Assembly: GCA_045132055.1 (NCBI GenBank) | Contig: JBGURP010000055.1 | Span: forward strand, 104,372 to 168,371 | From: Bacteroidales bacterium | GTDB lineage: Bacteria > Bacteroidota > Bacteroidia > Bacteroidales > WCHB1-69 | Direction of reading: 5' to 3' | DNA: 64,000 bases | The notes under the pieces: generated by a model | What the model was told of the DNA's origin: nothing | What the model saw: only the letters and a program-made list of their open reading frames with translations | Database searches by the model: none | In this document: positions 1-9,028 of the stretch, one piece after another | Numbering within the stretch: the first letter of the stretch is position 1 | Layout: every line of letters begins with the position of its first letter | Position numbers and translations under genes: made by a program

Positions 1-45
1 TTGAGGCGCACTGATAATAAATGGAGATTGCTCACAAATTTTTTA

Positions 46-53
46 TACTTTTG
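46..53 (+). promoter_or_regulatory. Bacteroidetes -7 promoter box (TACTTTTG) upstream of folD
   Basis: Matches the TAnnTTTG consensus and lies ~43 nt upstream of the ATG at 96. Confidence 0.5.
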
Positions 54-95
54 CGGCCGTTTAACGCAAGGATTGTTAACCATTAGCTCGCATTT

Positions 96-953
96 ATGAA
101 AATCATTGACGGTAAGGCATGTGCCCAGCAGATTAAAGACCAAATCACCAAAGAGGTTGAAATGATTAAGGCCATCGGCTTTCGCGTGCCCAAGCTGGCC
201 ATTCTTCTTGTGGGCAATCGGTCTGACAGTCTTTCCTACGTGCGCAGCAAGGAGAAAACCTGCAAATCGTTGGGTATGGATTGCGACACTTATCTGTTGC
301 CCGCTACCACTTCTGAAAGGGAGATTCTGGATCTCATCGACCGATTGAACAATGATCGTACCGTTGATGCCATCTTGATACAACTGCCGTTGCCAGATCA
401 TTTTGACAGTGCCAAGATTCTGGATTTCATTGATTATAAAAAAGATGCAGACGGTCTGCACCTCATGAACGTAGGTTTGTTGCACTTAGGCGAACCCTAC
501 GTGATGCCCTGCACGCCGAAAGGCATTATCTCGTTGCTGGAGACCAACAACATTGAGGTTGCCGGCAAGCACGCGGTGGTCATCGGGCGCAGTCAGCTGG
601 TAGGCGAACCCACGGCCCAGTTGCTCATCCGCCAGAATGCTACCGTTACGCTTTGCCATTCCCACACGCAGCATTTGTCAGACATCACGCGCATTGGCGA
701 CATCATTATCACCGCTGCTGGTCATCCTAACCTGCTGAAGCCCGAAGATTTCAAAGAGGGGGCCATCCTGATAGATGTGGCCATCAACCGCACCGACGAA
801 GGTTTGGAGGGTGATGTGTATAGCCCGCGCACGCGTGAGGCGCTGGAGAAACGATTGAGCGCGGCCACGCCCGTGCCTGGCGGCGTAGGCCCCATGACCA
901 TCGCCATGCTCATGCAGAACGTGCTGGATATGTACAAAATTAAGAATGCGTAA
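96..953 (+). CDS. folD: Bifunctional methylenetetrahydrofolate dehydrogenase/cyclohydrolase
   Basis: 285-aa ORF. Typical FolD sequence (KLAILLVGNRSDSLSYVRSK, ILIQLPLP, PGGVGPMT). Confidence 0.93.
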   Translation: MKIIDGKACAQQIKDQITKEVEMIKAIGFRVPKLAILLVGNRSDSLSYVRSKEKTCKSLGMDCDTYLLPATTSEREILDLIDRLNNDRTVDAILIQLPLPDHFDSAKILDFIDYKKDADGLHLMNVGLLHLGEPYVMPCTPKGIISLLETNNIEVAGKHAVVIGRSQLVGEPTAQLLIRQNATVTLCHSHTQHLSDITRIGDIIITAAGHPNLLKPEDFKEGAILIDVAINRTDEGLEGDVYSPRTREALEKRLSAATPVPGGVGPMTIAMLMQNVLDMYKIKNA

Positions 954-993
954 TGATATGTAGGGGCGAGTGATTATTCGCCCCAACCACGTA

Positions 994-2277
994 TTACCGC
1001 GCGTAATAATCAATCACCTCTTCCAATGTTTTCTTGCACACCGGACAAAAATCATTGTACCGGATCTGGTGCATGGTGCAATGTTGTGCAGGACGATAGA
1101 CACCTTTTGCAACGTAGCCGCCGCCTTCGTACACGCCCAATTGGTCATATTCCGGGGTTCCCTTGCCCGTGACGGGCGTGGGAATCGGCGTGTTTTCATC
1201 CAACATATTCTTCCATTTCGAATCGAAATCCACCAACGTAGTAAGGTTGGGTTCCACAGGTTCTATACCGGCAGGATAGAAGTCTTGCACAGACACTTCT
1301 GAAGTGTAATATTCGTCTGCTAGACCGCCGATGAGGTGCCCCATTTCGTGCACAATCACATAGTCAGGATATTGACCGTGGTTGTAAACCGTGCAGTAGA
1401 AATTGTAAATGCCTCCGCCACCGTATTTTTCACTGTTACAGATAATTACAATGGCATCAAAAGGTGCGTCATCAGCTACATCATACAAATGCCAAACACC
1501 CAGACACATCAGATAGCGGTCCAAATCCAAGGCGTTGTATGCAGTGTTCACAAGTGTTTTCTTGAAGATATTATTCTGCGGTTGCGTAATACCCGAATCT
1601 TCCGAATATCCTTTGATAGCACGGATGTTCACCTTCTTCTTCATCTCCTTATAGGGTGAGCAGTTCATCACGTAGGAGGCGAAGCGTTTCATGTCTTTCT
1701 TCAGCAGTTTGGCGTCGCTTTTGGCATAACCGTCGGGGATGAAAAGAATGTCGATGGCCTTGTCGGGCGTGTTGCCGATGTGCAGATTCATCGTAGGATA
1801 ATTTTTCACCAGCGGCTTTGTCGGGGTCGTTTTCGGATTAAAATAGCTTTCAGAAAGCACGGTTCCCACACGTTTGCGGTCGTAAGAAGTGAATTTCAGT
1901 TTTACGGTGTTCTTGGGGAATGGCACGTTCACCGACTCCTCCATGGAAGCAATTTCGGTTTCGCCCCTTTCGGTGGTGCGGTACTCGGTAAACAGGCATG
2001 AGTAGCTGCGGCTGTAGAGCAGTTTGTTGGACACGGAGTCGAACAGCTCCACCACAATGTCGCCGTACATGTCGGGCTCAATCAGGAACTGGCGCGTGCC
2101 GTTCCAAGTGCCACCGGCCGTGAAATGGTCGATTTTCAACGCCTCCTGCGTTAAATTGCCGATGTGAAGATAGTTCACCCGCAGGTTCTTGTTTTCAAAA
2201 TATTGATCAAAATGCTGTGCAAATGTTATTCCCAAGCAAAAAAAGAGGGTGAAAAGGGTGAAGAATAATTTTTTCAT
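994..2277 (-). CDS. Secreted M64 family (IgA-peptidase-like) zinc metallopeptidase
   Basis: 427 aa with an N-terminal signal peptide and an HEMGH zinc motif followed by GGLADEY, typical of M64. Confidence 0.8.
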   Translation of the reverse strand: MKKLFFTLFTLFFCLGITFAQHFDQYFENKNLRVNYLHIGNLTQEALKIDHFTAGGTWNGTRQFLIEPDMYGDIVVELFDSVSNKLLYSRSYSCLFTEYRTTERGETEIASMEESVNVPFPKNTVKLKFTSYDRKRVGTVLSESYFNPKTTPTKPLVKNYPTMNLHIGNTPDKAIDILFIPDGYAKSDAKLLKKDMKRFASYVMNCSPYKEMKKKVNIRAIKGYSEDSGITQPQNNIFKKTLVNTAYNALDLDRYLMCLGVWHLYDVADDAPFDAIVIICNSEKYGGGGIYNFYCTVYNHGQYPDYVIVHEMGHLIGGLADEYYTSEVSVQDFYPAGIEPVEPNLTTLVDFDSKWKNMLDENTPIPTPVTGKGTPEYDQLGVYEGGGYVAKGVYRPAQHCTMHQIRYNDFCPVCKKTLEEVIDYYAR

Positions 2278-2309
2278 TTCTTAAAAGGGTTATGTTTCAA
2301 TTTTTTTTC

Positions 2310-2317
2310 TATTTTTG
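2310..2317 (+). promoter_or_regulatory. -7 promoter box (TATTTTTG) for tRNA-Thr
   Basis: TAnnTTTG match 13 nt upstream of the tRNA 5' end. Its context is nearly identical to the tRNA-Phe promoter at 9961. Confidence 0.55.
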
Positions 2318-2330
2318 CGGCCTCAAAAAA

Positions 2331-2403
<73 letters not shown>

Positions 2404-2408
2404 CCGTC

Positions 2409-2436
2409 AAGGGGCATGAAAGTGCCCCTTTTTTAT
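2409..2436 (+). terminator. Intrinsic terminator after tRNA-Thr
   Basis: 8-bp stem AAGGGGCA/TGCCCCTT followed by a T run. Confidence 0.7.
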
Positions 2437-2492
2437 TGCCATTTATTCGTCATATTTTGGCGACAAAAATACGAAAAACTCCGTTTGTGCAC

Positions 2493-3863
2493 ATGAGTCT
2501 CACTTTTCGCCCCATACAAATTGAAGATCAGGCCGTGTTCCGGCAGCACTTGCAGGACTGCGGGCGCGTGTGCGATCATGTCTTCGCCAATCTCTTCTGC
2601 TGGCGGGAGTATTATGGCAACCAGTGGGCCGCGTGCGCCGACCGGCTGATAATTCGTTCACAGTCCGCTGCAAGTCACAGTTTGCCTAAATACATGATTT
2701 ATCCTAACATCCACACCTCATCCCTGCCGCAAATTCTCGAGCAGATTGGCAAAGATGCAGGAGAAGACGGATATATCTTGTTGCAACTTTCTGAAAAAGA
2801 GCAGCAAACGCTTGAGCAACTTTATCCCGATGGTTTTCTGTACGACAATCTCCGTTTCAGAGCGGATTATCTGTATGAAACTCGTGCCTTTCAGACTTTC
2901 AGCGGGCGGAAATTGGCCGCCAAGCGCAATCATGTCAACAAGTTCAAGTCGCTGTATTCATATCATTACGAGCCGCTTATGCCCAAACATTTCGATGCGT
3001 GTCTGCAACTGCTGCGCCAATGGCGTGAGCATTACACGGGCGACGCAACGCATTTGAATATGGAAGAAATAGCCATTCGTCGTTTTTTGGACCATTTTGA
3101 GGAATTCGGGTTGTTTGGCGGAGCGTTGTTTGTGGAGGAGAATCTCGTGGCGTTTACGCTAGGGTCGCCCATCAACAGCCATACCTTCGATATTCATGTG
3201 GAGAAGGCTGACGCGCAATATGAGGGCGTTTTCCCGATGATCAGCCAGCAGTTTGCGCAGCATTTGCCGACACAATATACCCATATCAACCGGGAGGAGG
3301 ATTTGGGTTTGCCCGGTTTGCGGCAGTCGAAGCTGTCATACCAGCCGTTGCAATTGGTGGAGAAGCGCACCGCCCGGCTGGCCGACGATGATTTGCGCGG
3401 CATTGTGCGGTTGTGGCAGGCATGTTTCCATGACGAAATGGAGTTTGTACATACCTGTTTGTCGCGATACTATGACAGCCGCCATATATTCACGCGCAAA
3501 GTGGACGGGCGTGTGATTGCTGTTTGTCTGCTCATCCCGTGCGCGTGCGAAGTGGGGCGGGTTGGCTATTTGTATGGCATTGCGACGGAGGAGGCGTACC
3601 GCCGGCAGGGGTTAGCGGGCGAGGTGATACGCGAGGCGATAGGGTATGCGCGGGCGTGCGCCATGGACGCCGTGGTGCTGATCCCGGAGAATGAGGATTT
3701 GCGGAGATATTATGAAAAGTTTGGCTTCTTGGCGCACGCCCTGCCCGTGAGGTTCACCAACGACTGCGACTTGGGCACGGGCGATGTCACGCGCGACCTG
3801 GCCTCTGTCCTATGGCTGAACAAGGCGCACCCGGAAGTCGAGGCGCTGACGCTGACGGCTTAA
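2493..3863 (+). CDS. DUF2156-like domain plus GNAT N-acetyltransferase fusion protein
   Basis: The N-terminal part has the FANLFCWREYYG motif typical of DUF2156 (lysyl-PG synthase C-terminal-like). The C-terminus has a GNAT-like RRQGLAGEVI segment. Start moved to the internal Met (MSLTF) because the longer ORF overlaps the tRNA terminator. Confidence 0.6.
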   Translation: MSLTFRPIQIEDQAVFRQHLQDCGRVCDHVFANLFCWREYYGNQWAACADRLIIRSQSAASHSLPKYMIYPNIHTSSLPQILEQIGKDAGEDGYILLQLSEKEQQTLEQLYPDGFLYDNLRFRADYLYETRAFQTFSGRKLAAKRNHVNKFKSLYSYHYEPLMPKHFDACLQLLRQWREHYTGDATHLNMEEIAIRRFLDHFEEFGLFGGALFVEENLVAFTLGSPINSHTFDIHVEKADAQYEGVFPMISQQFAQHLPTQYTHINREEDLGLPGLRQSKLSYQPLQLVEKRTARLADDDLRGIVRLWQACFHDEMEFVHTCLSRYYDSRHIFTRKVDGRVIAVCLLIPCACEVGRVGYLYGIATEEAYRRQGLAGEVIREAIGYARACAMDAVVLIPENEDLRRYYEKFGFLAHALPVRFTNDCDLGTGDVTRDLASVLWLNKAHPEVEALTLTA

Positions 3864-3900
3864 TCCACCACCATTTTGCTAAACAACACACGGTCTAACA

Positions 3901-4110
3901 TCACCAGAGAACCTTTTCATAGCGTCGGTCAAGAGCAGTCCTGATTTTGCCGATGAATTCATCCACAGACATTGTATCTGTACCAGATGAAATCATGCCA
4001 TTACCAATGCTTGCAGCACTCTCATCAGAATGTGCAATTGTATATGTTGCAACTGGCTCTTCCGCTGTAAATTCTAATTGCTCTTTAATTTTGTATTTTT
4101 CAGGTTTCAT
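3901..4110 (-). CDS. Small hypothetical protein (69 aa)
   Basis: ORF with a TAnnTTTG box located inside the longer track ORF, so the start is taken as MKPEKYK. No recognisable domain. Confidence 0.4.
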   Translation of the reverse strand: MKPEKYKIKEQLEFTAEEPVATYTIAHSDESAASIGNGMISSGTDTMSVDEFIGKIRTALDRRYEKVLW

Positions 4111-4137
4111 AATGTATGTATGTTTATGTTTCCGCTG

Positions 4138-4145
4138 CAAAAGTA
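4138..4145 (-). promoter_or_regulatory. -7 promoter box (TACTTTTG on the minus strand) for the small ORF
   Basis: The reverse complement of caaaagta matches TAnnTTTG, ~28 nt upstream of the ATG at 4110. Confidence 0.45.
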
Positions 4146-4256
4146 CGCATTTTTTCATACGGCATCGTTACTCTTTTTGTTGTAACGCTATTTTAGGACG
4201 AGACAATTTGTGAACAGTCAAGGGGCGTGGCCGTGGGGCTGCGCCCTTTTGGGATG

Positions 4257-4700
4257 AGTGGGTTAATGGTGGAGGTTCCGCCAGCAAAGCTGGCGGAATG
4301 GTGAGGGCTCAGCGGTGCGTTTGTGGTATTTCGCGGCGGGTTGGTTCAGTGCCTCGGCGCATGTGTGTCGCGCACCGCGACCCAACGCACAGACCATCCC
4401 GCACCCAGGGGTTGACACCCCTGGTTATCGCTCACACCCTGCACGGGAGTGCAGGGTTGCGCATCGGGCGGCCTCTCCGAGGCATACGGCATCATAGCCA
4501 CAGACCTGCTGCAAGAGCTGAGTCCTGAAGAGAGACCTCCCATTGGTAGCCTCACACGGCAGTGTGAGGTACCGGCGATGCAGCGCATGGCCAATCGCGG
4601 CGCGGGAGTCGCGTGCACCGAAGCATAATGTTTGCCCGCCGCGAAACGCCCATCATTATCCACCAACCCACTACCATTCCGCGCGACATGTCGCGCGGAA
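4257..4700 (+). ncRNA. Candidate structured RNA or GC-rich hairpin-array element (unclassified; strand tentative)
   Basis: A 60-nt sample is ~63% GC. Two long-range helices (4257-4273/4659-4672 and 4325-4340/4635-4650) enclose perfect hairpins at 4276-4298, 4405-4424, 4436-4457 (GGGA loop), 4471-4483 and 4545-4573, with another at 4677-4700. There is no credible ORF. Confidence 0.35.
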
Positions 4701-4764
4701 CCTCCAACACTGCATTTTAATAAGCCCGAAAGCAGTCGAGACCAACTATCGCGATTGTAGAAGC

Positions 4765-5736
4765 TTACGCAAAAAACTTTGCCTTCACCTCATTCCAAAC
4801 CTCATCAGGAAGCTTGGCGCCGATGTGCTCGATGACTCTTCCGGCCAAGTAGGCGGCCAGCTCGCCCGCTTTCTCAGGGGTGTAGTCGTTCATCAAGCCA
4901 TACAAGAAGCCAGAGGCGTATATGTCTCCTGCGCCGGTGCTGTCCACGGCTTTCACCGGAATCACACCCACCTGCGTGACTTTGCCGTTCATCTTGATGT
5001 AGGAACCCTCCTTGCCGACTTTCACGATGGCCACAGGGCAGTATTCCGACAACACTTCCAATGCCTCCCGGCCCTCTTTGCCCGTAAAGGCCTTGGCTTC
5101 TTCCTCGTTGGCAAAGATAATGTCCACATAGTCCGTCAACAACATCTTCACGAAGTCGTAGTTGGCCTCGATGATGTTGTAGCTGGCCATGTCCATGGAG
5201 ATTTTCAGACCTTTTTCTTTGGCGATTTGGCATACTTTCAGGATAAGATCATGATTGAAGATGAGATAACCTTCCACATGGATGCAGTCGTACTGGTCAA
5301 ACACCTTGGGGTCAAGTTCATCGGGGGTCATCATGGCGGCAGCGCCGAGGTAGGTGGCGAAGGTGCGCTCGACATCCTGCGAGATGAAGGTGGTGGCGAT
5401 GCCCGTATCCACATCCGACTCGATCATGTGCGGGGTCACGTGGAAACGCTCCATCTCGCGGCGGAAGAAGTCGCCCATCTCGTCGCGGCCAATTTTGCCA
5501 ATGTAGCCCGCCGGAGCACCCAAACGCGCCAACCCGTGTATTGTGTTGGAGGTGGAGCCGCCCGTGGCACACGACTGTTTCATATTCTTGATCCGTTCGT
5601 GCAGCTCTTTCTTCCGCTCCGCATCAATCATCACCATGCCGCCCTTGTCCAAGCCATTTTGTTTCAATATCTCATCATTGTCAATATTCAACAAAACATC
5701 CACTAAGGCGTTTCCGATTCCTAATATCTTTTTCAT
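4765..5736 (-). CDS. PfkB-family carbohydrate/adenosine kinase
   Basis: 323 aa. N-terminal GIGNALVD and C-terminal DSTGAGD motifs are typical of the ribokinase/PfkB family. Confidence 0.85.
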   Translation of the reverse strand: MKKILGIGNALVDVLLNIDNDEILKQNGLDKGGMVMIDAERKKELHERIKNMKQSCATGGSTSNTIHGLARLGAPAGYIGKIGRDEMGDFFRREMERFHVTPHMIESDVDTGIATTFISQDVERTFATYLGAAAMMTPDELDPKVFDQYDCIHVEGYLIFNHDLILKVCQIAKEKGLKISMDMASYNIIEANYDFVKMLLTDYVDIIFANEEEAKAFTGKEGREALEVLSEYCPVAIVKVGKEGSYIKMNGKVTQVGVIPVKAVDSTGAGDIYASGFLYGLMNDYTPEKAGELAAYLAGRVIEHIGAKLPDEVWNEVKAKFFA

Positions 5737-5755
5737 ATACTCTCTTTTTTGAAAA

Positions 5756-6181
5756 TTAACACTCTTTTGCTTTGAATGCCACTGCGTACAATTTGATTTG
5801 CTTGATCATGGAGGCCAGACCATTGGAGCGGGTGGGGGAAAGATGCTCTTTCAGCCCAATGGCGTCCAAGTAATGGAGGTCGTTGTCGATGATTTCCTGT
5901 GGCGTCCGCTCCGATAAAACTCTAATTAGTAGATTTACAATGCCTTTTGTGATAATGGCATCGCTGTCAGCGGTAAAGAATACCTTGCCATCCCGATAGT
6001 CGGCATGTAGCCACACCTGCGACTGGCACCCGTCAATCAGAAATTCCGGAGTCTTGTATTGCTCGTCAATCATGGGTAGCTCCTTGCCAAGCTCTATGAT
6101 GTAGTTGTATTTGTCCATCCAGTCATCAAATAGCTCAAATTCTTCTATCAGAGCCTCTTCCACTTCTTTCATTGTTGCCAT
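5756..6181 (-). CDS. sufE: SufE-like cysteine desulfuration protein
   Basis: 141 aa. The DGCQSQVW active-site cysteine context and overall sequence are typical of SufE/CsdE. Confidence 0.8.
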   Translation of the reverse strand: MATMKEVEEALIEEFELFDDWMDKYNYIIELGKELPMIDEQYKTPEFLIDGCQSQVWLHADYRDGKVFFTADSDAIITKGIVNLLIRVLSERTPQEIIDNDLHYLDAIGLKEHLSPTRSNGLASMIKQIKLYAVAFKAKEC

Positions 6182-6193
6182 AACAGTATTTTT

Positions 6194-6691
6194 TTATTTT
6201 TGTGTATCTTCTTGATTTTCAACATGTATGATTTTCTCCCACTCCAAAGCATGCGGGACGATGGGGTTAATATATTCGAAAACTAACGATTTTTCTTTGG
6301 TTTCTTTCTTGATGATGATTTCGTGCGGGTCAATCATATCAATCAGATAGAAAAGGACGCTGAAGACCAGAATCACCTTGCCCGCTCCGAAAAGCAAGCC
6401 AAAAATATGGTCCACCGCTCCGGGAATCACCAGTTTCACAATCTTACACATCATTTTTCCAGCCAAATGCACCAAAAACAGAACGATAAAAAACGTTAAT
6501 GTGAAAGATATTTGTTTTGCAAAGGGCATGTCGGGTAGCCAAAGTGCAATTGAATCTGAAAAACGATAGGCGGCCCAAACACCGAGGATTAGTGCCAAAA
6601 TGGAGGTCAGCTCGTAAATGAGGCCCTTACGGAATCCCAAAAAGGCAAACCAACAGAGCGGAATCAGCACAATATAGTCGAGTAGGATCAT
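6194..6691 (-). CDS. CvpA family membrane protein
   Basis: 165 aa with four predicted TM segments and a CvpA-like N-terminus. Confidence 0.7.
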   Translation of the reverse strand: MILLDYIVLIPLCWFAFLGFRKGLIYELTSILALILGVWAAYRFSDSIALWLPDMPFAKQISFTLTFFIVLFLVHLAGKMMCKIVKLVIPGAVDHIFGLLFGAGKVILVFSVLFYLIDMIDPHEIIIKKETKEKSLVFEYINPIVPHALEWEKIIHVENQEDTQK

Positions 6692-6694
6692 AAA

Positions 6695-7447
6695 TTACAG
6701 GGATTGTCTGATTCTTTGGGTTAGCGGTTGGGCATAGATGAAATCGTTGAGTTCTTTGCTGTCGGAGGTCAGCACATTGTCCTTGTTGCCGCGCCAAGCC
6801 AGATGTCCTTCGTAGATGAAGGAGATGGTTTCTCCGATGGTGATGACGGAGTTGAGGTCGTGGGTGTTCACCACCGTGGTGATGCCGAACTCGTGGGTGA
6901 TATCAGTAATCAGTTCATCGATAACGAGCGAAGTCTTCGGGTCGAGGCCAGAGTTGGGCTCGTCGCAGAACAGGTACTTCGGGTTGCAGGCGATGGCGCG
7001 CGCGATGGCGGCACGCTTCTTCATACCGCCACTCAATTCGGCTGGATAAAGATTGTTCACATTGTGAAGATCCACTCGTTCCAAACAGAAGTTAACCCGA
7101 TCCAACTTTTCCTTGTCCGTCATATTGGTGAACATATCCAGCGGAAACCCCACATTTTCCTGTATGGTCATGGAGTCAAACAATGCGGAGCCTTGGAACA
7201 CCATGCCCATCTCGGCGCGGAGCAGCTGCTGTTCTGCAGTGCCCATGTGGTGGAAATCGCGGTTGTTGTAGAGTACCACGCCCTCCTCAGGGGAGTGCAA
7301 TCCCACCAGACATTTCATCAGCACGGTCTTGCCCGATCCAGAACGCCCGATAATCAGGTTCACCTTACCTTCCAAAAAAGAGGTGTTGATGTCAAACAAA
7401 ACCTGTTTGTCACCAAAATATTTCGATATATTGTTTAATACTATCAT
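6695..7447 (-). CDS. ABC transporter ATP-binding protein (MlaF-like)
   Basis: Walker A GRSGSGKT, signature LSGGMKKR, Walker B FCDEP. Adjacent to an MlaE-type permease. Confidence 0.85.
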   Translation of the reverse strand: MIVLNNISKYFGDKQVLFDINTSFLEGKVNLIIGRSGSGKTVLMKCLVGLHSPEEGVVLYNNRDFHHMGTAEQQLLRAEMGMVFQGSALFDSMTIQENVGFPLDMFTNMTDKEKLDRVNFCLERVDLHNVNNLYPAELSGGMKKRAAIARAIACNPKYLFCDEPNSGLDPKTSLVIDELITDITHEFGITTVVNTHDLNSVITIGETISFIYEGHLAWRGNKDNVLTSDSKELNDFIYAQPLTQRIRQSL

Positions 7448-7448
7448 A

Positions 7449-8192
7449 TTACAACATTATTTGGGTGACCAACACGTTCAAAATCAAAATAATGACACTG
7501 GAAACCACTATTCCTTGGGTATTTGCTATACCCAATTCCAATGCGCCACCATCAATTTTGTACCCATAAAATGAGGCTACTGATGACATGACAAAAGCGA
7601 AAATAAATGTTTTCACTATGGCGTAAACCACATCATATACCCGGAAAAACGAGATGAGTCCGTCCAAAAAATCGTATGTGGAGACGCACCCTGTTATGGC
7701 TACGGTGATGTAACTGCCGACCAAAGCGAAAAAAATACTGAAAATAATCAGGATGGGATTTACAATAAGAGAGGCCACAATCTTGGGCAACACTAGGTAG
7801 GATGCCGGATTGATACCCATAACTTCCAGGGCATCAATCTGTTCTGTTACCCGCATACTTCCTATTTCCGCCGTGATACGGGATCCAAGGTTGCCTACCA
7901 AGAGCAAACTGATGATAGTGGGACACACTTCCATCACGATAGAGGTGCGTGTGATAAAACCGACGGTCCAAGTTGGGACCCAGCTGCTCTCAATCTGCAT
8001 GGCCGTCTGGGTGGTAATAACGCTTCCTATGCCAATGGAGACGATGCTCACAATCAGCATGGAGCCGATGCCCATAGCATCCATCTCAAAGACTAATTTC
8101 TTGAAGAAGATGCTCCATTTGTCAGGTTTGGAGAACACCTTTTTCAGGAAAATAAAATAATCGCCGATAGTGATAAATAAATGCTCTATCAT
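7449..8192 (-). CDS. MlaE-family ABC transporter permease
   Basis: 247-aa polytopic membrane protein with the EQIDALEVMGINP motif typical of MlaE/Ttg2B. Confidence 0.8.
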   Translation of the reverse strand: MIEHLFITIGDYFIFLKKVFSKPDKWSIFFKKLVFEMDAMGIGSMLIVSIVSIGIGSVITTQTAMQIESSWVPTWTVGFITRTSIVMEVCPTIISLLLVGNLGSRITAEIGSMRVTEQIDALEVMGINPASYLVLPKIVASLIVNPILIIFSIFFALVGSYITVAITGCVSTYDFLDGLISFFRVYDVVYAIVKTFIFAFVMSSVASFYGYKIDGGALELGIANTQGIVVSSVIILILNVLVTQIML

Positions 8193-8232
8193 TATGCCGT
8201 GTTAAGATGGTGCAAAAATACACCTTTTTTTG

Positions 8233-8240
8233 TACTTTTG
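8233..8240 (+). promoter_or_regulatory. -7 promoter box (TACTTTTG)
   Basis: TAnnTTTG match 20 nt upstream of the ATG at 8261. It lies inside the longer track ORF. Confidence 0.5.
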
Positions 8241-8260
8241 CGCCTGCAAAACCAACTAGC

Positions 8261-9025
8261 ATGAGACCCGTTGTAACCTTAATCAGTGACTGGAGAACGC
8301 GCGACCCGTATGTGGCCATGTTCAAAGGCAAGCTGCTGACCGCTATTCCCGATGCGGAGATCATTGACATCAGTCATGTGGTGGACTTGTACAACATCAA
8401 CCAGACGGCGTTTCTCACCTTGCAGAGTTACCGCAACTTTCCTGAAGGTTCCATCCATATCCTGCTGACCAACGCCTCGGCCACATCTGCTTTTTCGCCT
8501 GTGGTGGTACCTTACGACGGGCATTTTTTCATCGGGGAGGACAACGGCATTTTCTGCCTCATGTTCAATCTTCATTTTCCCATCACCGGCCACCAGTATT
8601 CTGGCAGTACGCCTGGCGCGCTGGATAGAATCATTGAGCTGACACAGGCCGTGAAGGAAGAAAAGATGGAATCTGTTACAACGGAATACACGAATTTCAA
8701 GAGAATGTTTGCCGCATTGCCAATACATTTTGACAATGACCGAACCATTGAAGGGGAGATAGTGTACATCGATGCCTATTTCAATGCCATCACGAACATT
8801 CCGGTCAGCATGTTCAAAGAAGCGGTAGGCAAAGGTTCCTTCCAAGCCACCATTCATTCCAAAAAGGAATGGAAATGCCAGATTTATCACGACAATTATC
8901 GCCCGGAAGAGGAGTTTTATTTCACGGGCAATGCCTTAGGATGTCTTGAAATTGCCATGTATCAAGGCAATGTGGCCATATTGGCCGATTTCAAGGTGGG
9001 CGACAAAATTACCATCAAATATTAA
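8261..9025 (+). CDS. SAM hydrolase / SAM-dependent halogenase family protein (DUF62)
   Basis: N-terminus RPVVTLISDWRTRDPYVAMFKG is typical of the S-adenosyl-L-methionine hydroxide adenosyltransferase family. Start set to the Met after the promoter box. Confidence 0.75.
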   Translation: MRPVVTLISDWRTRDPYVAMFKGKLLTAIPDAEIIDISHVVDLYNINQTAFLTLQSYRNFPEGSIHILLTNASATSAFSPVVVPYDGHFFIGEDNGIFCLMFNLHFPITGHQYSGSTPGALDRIIELTQAVKEEKMESVTTEYTNFKRMFAALPIHFDNDRTIEGEIVYIDAYFNAITNIPVSMFKEAVGKGSFQATIHSKKEWKCQIYHDNYRPEEEFYFTGNALGCLEIAMYQGNVAILADFKVGDKITIKY

Positions 9026-9028
9026 AAA

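Noticed and set aside
4224-4700. The GC-rich element as RNase P RNA, tmRNA, SRP RNA or a riboswitch
   Set aside because: I could not find the RNase P signatures (GGAAAGTCC, ACAGAACCCGGCTTA-like), a tRNA-like T arm with an alanine-acceptor end, a tag reading frame, or a B12-box-type motif on either strand. There is also no downstream gene in a riboswitch position.
4298-5706. ORFs inside the GC-rich element (76, 60 and 106 aa) and the 387-aa plus-strand ORF at 4543-5706
   Set aside because: The sequences are Arg/Ala/Pro/His-rich and of low complexity, typical of chance frames in GC-rich DNA. The 387-aa ORF is simply antisense to the well-supported PfkB kinase gene.
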